NCBI GenBank assembly: GCA_963815215.1
Contig: CAWFFU010000011.1
Location: 64,001-128,000 of the forward strand
Origin: an uncultured Trueperaceae bacterium
GTDB taxonomy: Bacteria; Deinococcota; Deinococci; Deinococcales; Trueperaceae
Length of the DNA: 64,000 bases
Reading direction: 5' to 3'
Shown here piece by piece: positions 46,699 to 59,842 of the stretch (position 1 is its first letter; each line of letters opens with the position of its first letter). The translations under genes and the position numbers were made by a program. The notes under the pieces were generated by a model. It did no database searches and was not told the DNA's origin. It worked only from the letters and a program-made list of their open reading frames with translations.

Positions 46699-49611
46699 AT
46701 GACCAGCCCCGCCGCGTCGCCGCTTCCCGTGGATCGTTCGACCGCCGTCACGCTGGAACGCGAGCTGAAGGCGCGCCTGCAGGGTGAGGTGCGCTTCGAC
46801 GAGACCGCGCGCACGCTCTACGCGACAGACGCCAGCCCCTACGAGATCCGTCCGATCGGCGTCGTACTGCCCCGCAACGCCGGCGACGTGCGCGCGACGG
46901 TCGAGCTCTGCACCCGCCACGGGGTGCCGCTGTTGCCGCGCGGTGGGGGCACCAGCCTGGCGGGTCAGACCGTGGGACGGGCACTCATCCTGGACGTGTC
47001 GAAGTACCTCGACAAGGTGCTCGAGGTGAACCTCGAGGAGCGCTGGGCGCGCGTCGAGCCCGGTGTCGTGCGCGACCGGCTCAACGCCTTGCTGGAGCCG
47101 CACGGTCTGCAGTTCACGCCCGACATCTCGACCACCAGCCGCGCCAACATCGGCGGGATGGTCGCCAACAACGCCGCCGGCACACGCAGCATCAAGTACG
47201 GCAAGACGGTCGACCAGGTCCAGAGCATGCGTGTGCTGCTGATGGACGGAACCGAGCTGGAGCTCGGACCCGTCGACGAGGCCGGGCTTCACGCCCGGCT
47301 GGGCCAACAGGACCGCGAGGGCGAGCTCTACCGCACCGTGCACCGGATCACCACCGAGCACGCCGACGAGATCGACGCGCGCTACCCGAAGATCATGCGG
47401 AGGGTGGGCGGCTACAACCTCGACGAGTTCGCACCGGGCCGGCCGTTCAACCTGGCCAAGCTGGTGTGCGGCAGCGAGGGTACCCTCGCCGTGATCCTGG
47501 AGGTCACGATCCGGCTCGATCCCATCCCCACCCACCGCCTGCTCGCCATGCTGCACTTCGAGACCCTTCACAAGGCACTCACCGCGGTCCAGCACGTCAA
47601 TCGCCACGGGCCTTCGGCGGTCGAGCTGATGGACCGCGACATCTTCGTGCTCGGCCGGCAGAACCGCACCCTGGCACCGCTGCTCGGCTGGCTGCAGGGT
47701 GACCCGGGCGCGGTTCTCATGGTGGAGTTCGACGGCACGTCCGAGGAGGAGATGCGGGCCGGGCTGGAGAGCCTGCAGCGGGACCCGGAGGTCGCCGGAC
47801 TCGCCTATGCCACCTACCTCGCCGACGCGGCCGAACAGCAGTCGGAGATCCTCGGGTTCCGGCGCGACGGACTCGGCATCTACTCGACGGTGAAGGGCCG
47901 CAGCAAACCGACTCCGTTCGTGGAGGACAGCTCGGTGCCGGTCGAGAACCTGCCCGCCTACATCGCCGACATCACCGAGGTCTGCCGGCGGCACGGCGTT
48001 CATGTGGTGTTCTACGCCCACGCCTCGGTGGGCGTGATCCATCTGCGACCCCATCTGGATCTGAAGACCGAGCACGGGGTCGAGACCTTCCAGGCGATCA
48101 GCCGCGAGGTGTTCGAGCTGGTGAAGAAGTACGGCGGCTCCTGGAGCGGCGAGCACGGCGACGGCCTGATCCGCTCCTACCAGAATCCCGCCATGTTCGG
48201 CCCGTTGCTCTACCAGGACTTCCGCGCCATCAAGGCCGCCTTCGACCCGGCTGGGTTGATGAACCCCGGCAAGGTGGTCGACGGCCCGCCCATGACCGAG
48301 GATCTCCGCTACGGCGCGGGATACCCCGAGGTGGACGTGCCCACTCACTTCGACTTCTCCGCCGACGGCGGCTACCTCGGCGCCATCGAGAACTGCAACG
48401 GCGTGGGCGCGTGCCGGAAGGTCGGCACCGGCACCATGTGCCCGAGCTACATGGCCACACGCGACGAGGACCACAGTACGCGCGGGCGCGCCAACGTCCT
48501 GCGCGACGCTCTCAACGGCCGCATGCCCGGCGGGCTCACCAGCCGCGAAGTCTACGACGTGCTCGACCTGTGCCTGGAGTGCAAGGCCTGCAAGGCCGAG
48601 TGCCCCAGCCAGGTCGACATGGCGACGATCAAGTACGAGTTCTTGCAGCACTACTACGACGATCACGGCACCCCGCTGGCCGTGCGTGCCGTCGGCAACG
48701 TCGCGCGCATCGCGCCGCTGGCGCAGCGCCTGGCCCCGCTCAGCAACGCCCTGTTGCCCAGCGCGCCGGTGCGCTGGGCCATGGAGAAGCTGGTGGATGT
48801 CGACCGGCGGCGGGTGATGCCGCGCTACGCCAGCGAGACGTTCCGGCACTGGTTCGAGCGTGAGCGCGCAGCGGCGCCGACCGCGGGCGTCGACCGCCGG
48901 GTGGCGCTGTTCGCCGACACCTGGACGATGTTCAACGAGACCGCGCCGGGCCGAGCGGCGGTGCACGTGCTGGAGGCGCTCGGTTACGCAGTCGAGCTGG
49001 TGCCGTACGGCTGCTGCGGTCGCCCACAACTGTCCAAGGGCCTGCTGCGCGAGGCCAAGGGGATGGCGCGGCGCAACGTGGAGCGGCTCCACCCCTACGT
49101 CGAGCGCGGCATCCCTGTGGTCGGGCTCGAGCCGTCCTGCGTCACCGCCCTCGCCGACGATTACCGGGGGTTGCTCCCAGGCGCCCGGACCGATGCCGTC
49201 GCCGACAACGTGGTGATGATCGACCAGTTCCTGGCCAAGGCCTGGACCCGGGGTGAGATCGATCCGTCCACGGCCTTCGAGAAGCGGCCGGGAGAGACGC
49301 TGCTGCACGGCCATTGCCAGCAGAAGGCCGTGTTGGGGACCGCGTCGACGCGAGCCGTGCTGGAGTGGGTATCCGAGGAGGTCCGCGAGCTCGACTCCGG
49401 CTGCTGCGGCATGGCCGGGTCGTTCGGCTACGGCCACCACGACCTGTCGATGGCCATCGGCGAGCAACGCCTCTTCCCCGCCGTGCGCGAGCACCAGGGG
49501 GGCACCGTGGCGTGTGGCTTCAGCTGCCGTGGCCAGATCGCGGACGGCACCTCCAAGCAGGCGCGGCATGTCGTCGAGGTGCTGGAGGAGGCGCTCGCCC
49601 CGCGTCGCTAG
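46699..49611 (+). CDS. FAD-linked oxidase fused to Fe-S/CCG domains (YdiJ / GlcD-GlcF-like)
   Basis: PRGGGTSLAGQ, GSEGTLA, SGEHGDG, CNGVGAC, CLECKACKAECP, CCG motifs. Confidence 0.9.
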   Translation: MTSPAASPLPVDRSTAVTLERELKARLQGEVRFDETARTLYATDASPYEIRPIGVVLPRNAGDVRATVELCTRHGVPLLPRGGGTSLAGQTVGRALILDVSKYLDKVLEVNLEERWARVEPGVVRDRLNALLEPHGLQFTPDISTTSRANIGGMVANNAAGTRSIKYGKTVDQVQSMRVLLMDGTELELGPVDEAGLHARLGQQDREGELYRTVHRITTEHADEIDARYPKIMRRVGGYNLDEFAPGRPFNLAKLVCGSEGTLAVILEVTIRLDPIPTHRLLAMLHFETLHKALTAVQHVNRHGPSAVELMDRDIFVLGRQNRTLAPLLGWLQGDPGAVLMVEFDGTSEEEMRAGLESLQRDPEVAGLAYATYLADAAEQQSEILGFRRDGLGIYSTVKGRSKPTPFVEDSSVPVENLPAYIADITEVCRRHGVHVVFYAHASVGVIHLRPHLDLKTEHGVETFQAISREVFELVKKYGGSWSGEHGDGLIRSYQNPAMFGPLLYQDFRAIKAAFDPAGLMNPGKVVDGPPMTEDLRYGAGYPEVDVPTHFDFSADGGYLGAIENCNGVGACRKVGTGTMCPSYMATRDEDHSTRGRANVLRDALNGRMPGGLTSREVYDVLDLCLECKACKAECPSQVDMATIKYEFLQHYYDDHGTPLAVRAVGNVARIAPLAQRLAPLSNALLPSAPVRWAMEKLVDVDRRRVMPRYASETFRHWFERERAAAPTAGVDRRVALFADTWTMFNETAPGRAAVHVLEALGYAVELVPYGCCGRPQLSKGLLREAKGMARRNVERLHPYVERGIPVVGLEPSCVTALADDYRGLLPGARTDAVADNVVMIDQFLAKAWTRGEIDPSTAFEKRPGETLLHGHCQQKAVLGTASTRAVLEWVSEEVRELDSGCCGMAGSFGYGHHDLSMAIGEQRLFPAVREHQGGTVACGFSCRGQIADGTSKQARHVVEVLEEALAPRR

Positions 49612-49830
49612 AAGGCCAGCTTCCGTCCCGAACGTAGGATCCGAACGTAGCGCCCACGTGCGCCGACCGCCCCCCAACCCCGGGCGATGGAGGCCGCGGA
49701 CGCCCGGCGGGACGCGGTGACGGCTGCCCGGCGTCCGCCAGAGATTGCGCGTACCATGCGTTAGATCGGCTTCGTGGAGCGGCCTGTCGTGCCGCGGTCA
49801 ATGCCGCGGCGTTTCCCTAGGAGGGGTCTC

Positions 49831-50811
49831 ATGATGAGACGGGCCGTGTTGTTGTGCCTTGCGCTGGCGGCCTCGGCATTGATGTTGTCGGCGTGCAGTA
49901 CCTCGAGCAGTGGCGCGGCGAAAGCCACCTTCAACGGGGTGACCGCGCTCGACCCGGTGGCCGGTTCCGCCGACTTCAGCGTCAGCGCCCTGGACAGCCA
50001 GGGCAAGGTGGTGACCACCGGGACGCTCTCGGACGTCGCCATCACGGTGACGTCGGTGGCTGACAGCGGTGGGCCGATCTCGACGTCGTACTCGGCCACC
50101 GCCACGATCTGCGGCCAGATCACCGGCAGCAGCGGCGACATCACCGGGATCCTGACGCTCGACGCCACCGGCTCGATGTCCTCGAGCGACCCCACCATGC
50201 TGCGCGCAGACGCGGCCAAGGGGTTCGTCGCCCGCATGGCCTCGACCGATCGCGCCGCCGTCGCCTCGTTCGACACGAGCGTGACGCCCACGTCCGGGTA
50301 CCTGGCCATCTACCTGCACCAACCGCTCACGTCGGACAAGACCCTACTGGACACCGCCATCGACGCGGCAACGTACAACGGTGGCACCACCAACCTGTGG
50401 GACGCCGGCGTCGACAGCGCCAACTACCTCGCCTCGGTCACCGGCAGCAACAAGATGGCCTTGCTCCTCACCGACGGCGCGGACAACGCCTCCTCGAGCA
50501 CGCCGGCGAACGTCGTCTCGGCGGCCCAGTCGGCCGGCGTGAAGGTCTACACAGTGGGTCTCGGGAGCTACGTCGACTCGCAGGATCTGATCGACATCGC
50601 CTCTCAGACCGGCGGGACCTACACCCAGGTGCAGGACGCCACCGACCTCAGCGCCCTGTTCGACAGCATCTTCAACGCCACGCAGGCCGCGGGCTGCATC
50701 CACGTGCAGTTCAGCCCCGTTCCTGCGTCCGGCCACATCATCACGGGCCGGTTGACCTTCAAGCTCGACGGCCAGCTGCTGACCGCCGACTACGTCGTGT
50801 ACTTCCCGTAA
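49831..50811 (+). CDS. VWA-domain lipoprotein
   Basis: Lipobox LSA|C; MIDAS-like DATGSM, GGTTNLWDA, LLTDG, VYTVGLG; AGGAGG RBS. Confidence 0.85.
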   Translation: MMRRAVLLCLALAASALMLSACSTSSSGAAKATFNGVTALDPVAGSADFSVSALDSQGKVVTTGTLSDVAITVTSVADSGGPISTSYSATATICGQITGSSGDITGILTLDATGSMSSSDPTMLRADAAKGFVARMASTDRAAVASFDTSVTPTSGYLAIYLHQPLTSDKTLLDTAIDAATYNGGTTNLWDAGVDSANYLASVTGSNKMALLLTDGADNASSSTPANVVSAAQSAGVKVYTVGLGSYVDSQDLIDIASQTGGTYTQVQDATDLSALFDSIFNATQAAGCIHVQFSPVPASGHIITGRLTFKLDGQLLTADYVVYFP

Positions 50812-50856
50812 CCCCTGTCTTCGGGTGGGCCGTGGCCTCGCGCCATGGCCCACCGG

Positions 50857-52694
50857 TCACATCTCCTCCGGAGCCTCGATCCCCAGCAGCCCCAGCGCCT
50901 CGACGAGCGTCGACCGCACCCTGTCGACGAGCGCCAGGCGCGCTTCGCGCAGGCCCGCCCCGGCCTTGAGCACCTGCGTGTCCGGGCGCCCGTCGGCGCC
51001 CTTGTGGTTGTAGTAGGCGTTCCACGCCGTTGCCAGCTCGAGCGCGTACTGCGCCAGCAAGTGGGGCGCCAGGTCGCGCGCGGCTGCCTCCACGACCGTC
51101 CGGAAGCGGAGCATCACCCGGGCGAGCCGCACCTCCAGACCGCCTAGCGCCGCGAAATCGGCGCCGTCGCGGGCAACGCCCTCGGCCCCGGCCGCACGGA
51201 GGATGCTGCACGCGCGGGCGTGGGCGTACTGCACGTAGGGGGCGCTGTCCCCTTGCAAGGAGAGCGCCTGCTCCCAGCGGAAGTCGATGACCTTGCGGGC
51301 CTCGCTCTTGAGCATCCCGAAGCGCAACGCACCTACCCCGACCTGGCGCGCCACCGTGTCGATGCTCGGCAGCTCCGGGTTCTTCTCCTCCACAACGGCC
51401 CGGGCACGACGCACGGCCTCGGTCAGCACGTCGTCGATCGAGAGCGTCACACCCTTGCGGCCGCTCATCGGCTGCCCCTCCAACGTGACGACCTCGTAGG
51501 CCAGGTGGTGGGAGTTGCGGTACGCCCGCTGCCCCTCTTCGGTGTTCGACAGGGCCAGCGCAGCCCGGACCAGAGTCTGTGGGTGACTCTGGCGAACGTC
51601 GATGACGTTGATGATCTCCTGCCCATGGGCGAAGGCACGGCCCTCGGGGTGCGTCTCGCCCTCCGGCGAACTGGTGTAGAGCACCTTGCCCGAGGGCTGG
51701 CGCTCGAAGCTCCGGAACCGCAGACCCTCGAAGATCCCCGCCTTCCAGAACTGATAGCCGATGTCCTTGGCGACGTACATGGCGTTGCCGTCGCTGCGTA
51801 CCAGCACCACGTGGGTCTCCTCGAGGCCGGGGAGGAACTCCGACACGTCCATCACGAGCGCGCCGGCGAACTTGCCCTCGCTGGGCCGGGAGACGTAGGG
51901 ACTGGCCTCCAGCACGTCGAGCCCGCGGCGCAGGAAGCCCTCGTGCACCACGTCGGACTCCCACACCAGCAGGTCGTACTCGACGCCCAGGGCGTGGAAC
52001 GTCTCCAGTTGCGCCGCCACCACCCGCTCGACCTCCGCCCGCAGCTCGCCGCGCTCGAGCCGCTGCATCACCGCCGAGACGCCGCTGTCGACGCCCTCGC
52101 CGTCGCCCTCTTTCGCCTCGCCCAGGCGGACGTAGAGCTCGCCCAGCCAGTGGTCGTATTTGCGCGCGCCGTCGTAGGGCTCGCCGAAGTACTCTGCCGC
52201 GAACAGGCTCTCGGCCGCCTGCCGTCCGGTGTCGTCGATGTAGTTCTGCACCTCGACATCGTTCCCGGCGGCCCGCAGGATGCGGGCGCAGGCGTCTCCC
52301 AGCACGATGTTGCGCAGGTGGCCGACGTGCGCCTCCTTGTTGGGGTTCACCGAGGTGTGCTCCACCACCACCTTGAGGCCTGCCCCCGCCGCCGGCGGGG
52401 GCGCCTGCACCACCTGGGCGACGAAGGTGCCGGGATCGAGGTGGAAGTTGATGTAGGGGCCGACGGCGTCGGCGCGCTCGACCCCGGGGGAAGCTCGAGA
52501 GCATCGATCAGGTCCTGAGCGATCGCTGCCGGGTTCCGGCGCAGGGCGCGCGCGAGCGTGAAGGCGACGGCGGTACCGTAGTCGCCGGGCTTGTCGGCGG
52601 GCACCTCCTGGATGGAGACCTCGCCGGCTTCCGCCCCGAGGCGCGCAAGGGCGGCCAGGACGGCCTCTCGTAGGGCGTGGGTGACGTCGGCCAT
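50857..52694 (-). CDS. argS: Arginine--tRNA ligase, apparently frameshifted at ~52482-52490
   Basis: N-terminal ORF (GDYGTAVAF..LRRNPAAIA) switches frame into VERADAVGPYINF and continues with VEHTSVNPNKEAHVGHLRN, MSGRKG, GDSAPYVQYAHAR, IEAPEEM. Confidence 0.92.
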
Positions 52695-52908
52695 GGCGCG
52701 CTCACGCTACCACAGGGCCCTGTCGGCGCTTCCCCGCCGGATGGCGCCCTCGGTCGGGAGTGCCTGGGCGGCGCCGGGACGGGCGGCATATACTGTTGGG
52801 ACTGGCGCGACGCCCCTGCCTCGAGGGCGCCGCCGGGAGCGCGAGGTGGCATGCGGCGGCCAGCCGGAGATGGTAAGCCACCTTCCAGCTGAGTCAGTGA
52901 ACTGCAGT

Positions 52909-52935
52909 AAACTTGATAAGTGTTGACTCAGGTTT
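52909..52935. promoter_or_regulatory. HAIR-like (HspR) operator upstream of lon
   Basis: AAA-CTTGATA-N7-ACTCAGG-TTT versus consensus CTTGAGT-N7-ACTCAAG (11/14 match). Confidence 0.65.
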
Positions 52936-53029
52936 CACCGCTCCTTCCGTGCGCGGACCGCACGTCCGCACACCGCCACGTTGACCCTCGTTCCCAGCGC
53001 CCCGCGCCCCGCGCGGTCTAGGAGAGCCC

Positions 53030-55501
<2,472 letters not shown>

Positions 55502-55527
55502 GCCCACCGCATCCCCATGTCCTGAAC

Positions 55528-55558
55528 GAGGGGTCGGGCCGCGCGGCCCGGCCCCTTC
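55528..55558 (+). terminator. Stem-loop downstream of lon
   Basis: GAGGGGTCGGGCC-GCGC-GGCCCGGCCCCTTC. Confidence 0.5.
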
Positions 55559-55611
55559 ACGTGGGCTCTGCCGAGTGCCGGGGACGCCCCTCGGCTGCGG
55601 TATCCTGGCGC

Positions 55612-56388
55612 ATGGCATCGTCGCAACATCGCATCCGACCCCTCATCGCCGGCAACTGGAAGATGCACAAACTGCCCAGCGAGGCCACCGCCTGGCTGCG
55701 CGCATTCCTCGAGGATCTGGCAGCCAGCGAGCACGGCCACTGCGACATACTCCTCAACGTGCCTTCGACGCACCTCGCGCCGATGGCGGCACTGGCCCGC
55801 GGCACCGAGGTCATGCTCGGCGCCCAGGATGTCAGCGCCCACCAGCAGGGCGCCTACACTGGCGAGGTCTCGGCTGCGATGCTCCGTGACGCCGGGGCGC
55901 GCTACGTCGTCGTGGGTCACTCCGAGCGACGCGCCTATCACGCCGAGGACGACGCCCTCGTCAACGCCAAGCTGGTGCGTTCGCTCGAGGCCGCGCTGGT
56001 GCCCATCCTCTGTGTCGGCGAGCGCGAGGACGAGCGCGTCGCGGGTCGGGCCCGTGAGGTCGTCCTGCGACAGCTCGAAGGCGGCCTTCAGGGCATCGAA
56101 TTGGCGGGCCCGGAGGCCCTTGTCATCGCCTACGAACCCGTCTGGGCGATCGGCACCGGCCGCACCGCCACGGCCGACGACGCCCAGGAGATGGGCGCCG
56201 CCATCCGCGCTGCGGTCGTCGAGCGCTTCGGCGACGCCGGACGCGCCTTGCGCTTGCTCTACGGCGGCAGCATGAAACCCGACAACGCGGCCGAGCTGCT
56301 CGAACGCGACGACGTGAACGGCGGCCTCATCGGCGGCGCCAGCCTCGACGCCGACCAGCTCATGTCGATCGTGGAGGCCGCACGATGA
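55612..56388 (+). CDS. tpiA: Triosephosphate isomerase
   Basis: IAGNWKMH, GHSERR, AYEPVWAIGTG, LYGGS, GGASL. Confidence 0.97.
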   Translation: MASSQHRIRPLIAGNWKMHKLPSEATAWLRAFLEDLAASEHGHCDILLNVPSTHLAPMAALARGTEVMLGAQDVSAHQQGAYTGEVSAAMLRDAGARYVVVGHSERRAYHAEDDALVNAKLVRSLEAALVPILCVGEREDERVAGRAREVVLRQLEGGLQGIELAGPEALVIAYEPVWAIGTGRTATADDAQEMGAAIRAAVVERFGDAGRALRLLYGGSMKPDNAAELLERDDVNGGLIGGASLDADQLMSIVEAAR

Positions 56389-57434
56389 ACCTGCTCCAAG
56401 ACGTACGGAACAAGCTGGCCGGCGTCAGTGCCGAGGCGTTGCTGGTCACGGCGCCGGCGAACGTGCGGTACCTCTCCGGCTTCACCAGCCCCGAGGACGG
56501 CGCCGTCGTCGTCACCGACGAGCGAGCGGTCCTGCTCACCGACGGTCGCTACACCGCCCAGGCGGGCGAGGAGTCGCGCCTGGACGTCGTCATCACCCCG
56601 AACTGGGAGGAGCACCTGCCCGAGGTGGTCGGGGCACGGCGCCTGGCCGTCGAGAGCGAGCATCTCAGCCTGCAACGCTTCAGGCGCATCGCCGAGCGGC
56701 TCGGGGGCGAGCCCATGGCGACCGAGGCGTTCCTGGCATCGTTCCGGCTCGTCAAGAGCGACGACGAGATCGCCAGACTGCGGGAAGCTGCACGCATCAC
56801 CGACGCGGCGTTCGACGAGATCGTTCCGATGTTGCGACCGGGCGTGCGCGAGATCGAGGTCGCCCTCGAGCTGGAGCGCCATATGCACCTGGCAGGCTCG
56901 GGCGGCTCGGGCTTCCACATCATCGTGGCCAGCGGGATTCGTAGCGCCATGCCCCACGGCGTGGCCTCTGACAAGGTGATCGAGTCCGGCGACCTCGTCA
57001 CCATCGACTTCGGTGCGGTGTACCAGGGTTACCACGCCGACATGACGCGGGCGGTGGCGGTCGGGGAGATCGCGCCCGAGCTCCGGCGCCTGTTCGACGC
57101 CGTCCTCGAGGCTCAGCAGGCGGCTCTCGCGGCGGTCGCTCCGGGCCGCACGGGCCGGGAGCTCGATGCGATCGCACGCGACCTGCTGGCCGGGCACGAC
57201 CTCGCCGAAGCCTTCTCGCATTCGCTGGGGCACGGCACGGGGCTCGAGATCCATGAGGGCCCACGTCTCTCCACCCGCTCCGACGACGTGCTGGCTCCCG
57301 GCATGTCGGTGACCATCGAACCCGGAGTCTATCTGCCCGGCTTCGGCGGGGTCCGCATCGAGGATCTCGCCATCGTCACGGAGGACGGGCACGAGGTGCT
57401 GTCGAACAGCCCCAAGACGTTCCGGCAGCTCTGA
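56385..57434 (+). CDS. Xaa-Pro aminopeptidase (M24B)
   Basis: NVRYLSGF, TDGRY, IDFGA..GYHADMTR, HSLGHGTGLEIHE, TIEPG, GVRIED. Confidence 0.92.
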   Translation: MNLLQDVRNKLAGVSAEALLVTAPANVRYLSGFTSPEDGAVVVTDERAVLLTDGRYTAQAGEESRLDVVITPNWEEHLPEVVGARRLAVESEHLSLQRFRRIAERLGGEPMATEAFLASFRLVKSDDEIARLREAARITDAAFDEIVPMLRPGVREIEVALELERHMHLAGSGGSGFHIIVASGIRSAMPHGVASDKVIESGDLVTIDFGAVYQGYHADMTRAVAVGEIAPELRRLFDAVLEAQQAALAAVAPGRTGRELDAIARDLLAGHDLAEAFSHSLGHGTGLEIHEGPRLSTRSDDVLAPGMSVTIEPGVYLPGFGGVRIEDLAIVTEDGHEVLSNSPKTFRQL

Positions 57435-57496
57435 CCGTGCAGCGAGGTTGAGGTCAGGGTCGTGAAGCAGGGGTCGCCCGGAAGGTGTGCAAGAGC

Positions 57497-58906
57497 TCAG
57501 CCGAGCGTGCCGATCCACGCGCGGGCGGCCCCCAGCAGGGCTGTGACGTCGGCGGCGGTGGGCGCCTCGCAGTACACGCGGAGTACCGGCTCGGTGCCGC
57601 TGGGCCGGTAGAGCAGCCAGGCGTCCTCGTCCAGGTTGAGCTTGACTCCGTCGAGACGCTCCACCGAGCGGACCTCACGCGTGCCCACCCGTTGCGGCGG
57701 GTCGCGCAGCTCGGTCATGACCCGCTCCTTGAGGGCGTTGCCGGAAAGGTGGAGGTCGAGTCGATCGTAGGCGTGGCGCCAGCCGGTCTCGCGCTCGATG
57801 GCCGCGAAGCGCTCCGCCAGGGGCTGTGCGCTACGCACCACGCTCTGAACCAGCAGCAGCGCGTTGACGATGCCGTCGCGCTCGGGCAGATGCCCCGCCA
57901 CGCCGATGCCGCCGGACTCCTCCCCACCGATCAACACGTCGCCGGCCAGCATGGCGTCGACGATGTACTTGAAGCCGATCGGGGTCTCGACTACGGTACG
58001 GCCGCGACTGCGCGCCAGACGCTCGACGACGCGGGACACGCTGAAGGTCTTCACCACCGAGCCGGCGCGCCCGCCGAGGGCGAGCTCGTCGAGCAGCACC
58101 GCGAAGATCTGGTGCGCGTCGAAGAACGTGCCGCCGGGGAGCACGACGCCGAGCCGGTCGCCGTCGCCGTCGGTGGCGACGGCGAACAGCGCATCCGAGT
58201 GCCGCATGCGCTCGCGGGTCTCGGCCAGATTGACCGGGATCGGCTCGGGATTGACGCCGTAGAACAACGGATGCGGCTCGCCGCGCACCGGCCGCACCTC
58301 GAGCTCCAAGCCGCGCGAGGACGCGAAGCCCGTCAGCCAGCCGCAGGCCGCCCCGCCCATGGCGTCGTGGACCACGCTGCCCCGCGCCCGAGCCAGCACG
58401 TTCATGTCCAGCACGCCCTCGAGCGCCCGGTAGTACGCCTCGCGCACGTCGAATCGCTCGATCCGCGCGTCCCCCGCCCGGCCGGCGAGCGCAGCGGTCG
58501 TGACGCGCTGCGCCACGTCACGGTAGATGTCATCGGTGGCGGTGCCGCCGTAGGGTCCCTTGAGCTTGAAGCCGTGGTAGTGCGGCGGATTGTGCGACGC
58601 CGTCAACATCACGCCGCCGTCGGCTCCGAAGTGCGCCACGGCGTACGACAGCGCCGGCGTCGGTAGGTAGGTCTCGGAGAGCAACACCCGCAGCCCGTGA
58701 CCCGCCAGCTCACGCGCCGCCGCGGTCGCGAACAACTCGCCCCCGAAACGCGTGTCGTGTCCGACCACCACGAGGTTGGCATCCCGCACGAGGAGGTGCT
58801 CGGCGTAGGCTGCCGCGGCGCGGCGCACGTTGGCGACAGTGAAGCGGTCGGCGATGACGTCCCGCCAGCCATCGGTCCCGAAGACCAGCGATGTGGAAGG
58901 GTCCAC
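57497..58906 (-). CDS. Phosphoglucomutase/phosphomannomutase family
   Basis: FGTDGWR, TASHNP, DGDGDR, GGEESGG, RPSGTEP; GAGGAG RBS before GTG 58906. Confidence 0.93.
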   Translation of the reverse strand: MDPSTSLVFGTDGWRDVIADRFTVANVRRAAAAYAEHLLVRDANLVVVGHDTRFGGELFATAAARELAGHGLRVLLSETYLPTPALSYAVAHFGADGGVMLTASHNPPHYHGFKLKGPYGGTATDDIYRDVAQRVTTAALAGRAGDARIERFDVREAYYRALEGVLDMNVLARARGSVVHDAMGGAACGWLTGFASSRGLELEVRPVRGEPHPLFYGVNPEPIPVNLAETRERMRHSDALFAVATDGDGDRLGVVLPGGTFFDAHQIFAVLLDELALGGRAGSVVKTFSVSRVVERLARSRGRTVVETPIGFKYIVDAMLAGDVLIGGEESGGIGVAGHLPERDGIVNALLLVQSVVRSAQPLAERFAAIERETGWRHAYDRLDLHLSGNALKERVMTELRDPPQRVGTREVRSVERLDGVKLNLDEDAWLLYRPSGTEPVLRVYCEAPTAADVTALLGAARAWIGTLG

Positions 58907-59018
58907 CTCGTCTCCTCTCCCCCTCGAGCAGCGTTCGGCGCCGCGGCGGGGCGCGCCCGAATCTACCACGCACCCCGTGCGGCACGCTGGAACCGCGCGC
59001 GTCGGGCTAGACTGGCGC

Positions 59019-59789
59019 ATGCCCGTGGTCGTCAAGTACGGCGGTAACGCCATGACCGATGACGCCACCCGCTTGGCGGTGGCTTCGGAGATCCGCGCCC
59101 TGTTCGAGGCCGGCGAGGACCCGGTCGTCGTGCACGGCGGCGGCCCTTTCATCAACGACGCGCTCGAGGAGGCCGGCATCGCCCACCACTTCGTGCGCGG
59201 CCTGCGCGTCACCTCGCCCGAGGGCCTGGCCGTCGTGGAGCAGGTGCTCACGCTGCTCGGGAAACGGCTCGCGCAGGACATCGGCCCCGCCCTGGGCCTG
59301 AGCGGACGCGACCACACGCTGCTGAGCGCCGAGCTGCGCGACCCGGCCCTGGGTCGCGTCGGTCGCGTCACGGGCGTGAACCGCGGGGCGCTCCGGGCGC
59401 TGCTCGCGGCACACGTCGTACCGGTGCTGGCCTGTCTCGCGCTCGACCCCGACGGGGGGCTCCTCAACGTCAACGCCGACGACGTCGCCGGTGCAGTGGC
59501 GGGCACGCTGGCCGCAGGGTGCGTCTTCCTGACCAACGTGCCCGGCGTGCTGGACGACCCCTCGCGGACCGAAAGCCTGCTGACCACGCTCACGAGCCAG
59601 GGCGCCCGACAGCGGATCGACGACGGACGCATCGACGGCGGCATGATCCCGAAGGTCGAGGCCGCCCTGCACGCGGTCGAGCTCGGCGCCCCGTTCGCCG
59701 TCATCGGCGACGGCCGCAGCGCCGAGGGCGCGCGTCTGGCCCTGCGGGGCTCGGGCGGCACCCGAGTGCTGGCCCACGACGACGGTTGA
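59019..59789 (+). CDS. argB: Acetylglutamate kinase
   Basis: VVKYGGNAM, VVHGGGP, NVNAD, LTNVPGV, GGMIPKV. Confidence 0.88.
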   Translation: MPVVVKYGGNAMTDDATRLAVASEIRALFEAGEDPVVVHGGGPFINDALEEAGIAHHFVRGLRVTSPEGLAVVEQVLTLLGKRLAQDIGPALGLSGRDHTLLSAELRDPALGRVGRVTGVNRGALRALLAAHVVPVLACLALDPDGGLLNVNADDVAGAVAGTLAAGCVFLTNVPGVLDDPSRTESLLTTLTSQGARQRIDDGRIDGGMIPKVEAALHAVELGAPFAVIGDGRSAEGARLALRGSGGTRVLAHDDG

Positions 59790-59842
59790 GAATGCCGTAA
59801 GCGGGCTGTTGCTAGACTCCGCTCGATCCGAGAGGAGCCGGC

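Noticed and set aside
46498..49677. Very long antisense ORFs (1059 aa here; also 38613-41021, 12020-13960, 26352-27905 and others)
   Set aside because: They mirror well-supported genes on the opposite strand, as expected from high-GC codon bias with few stop codons.
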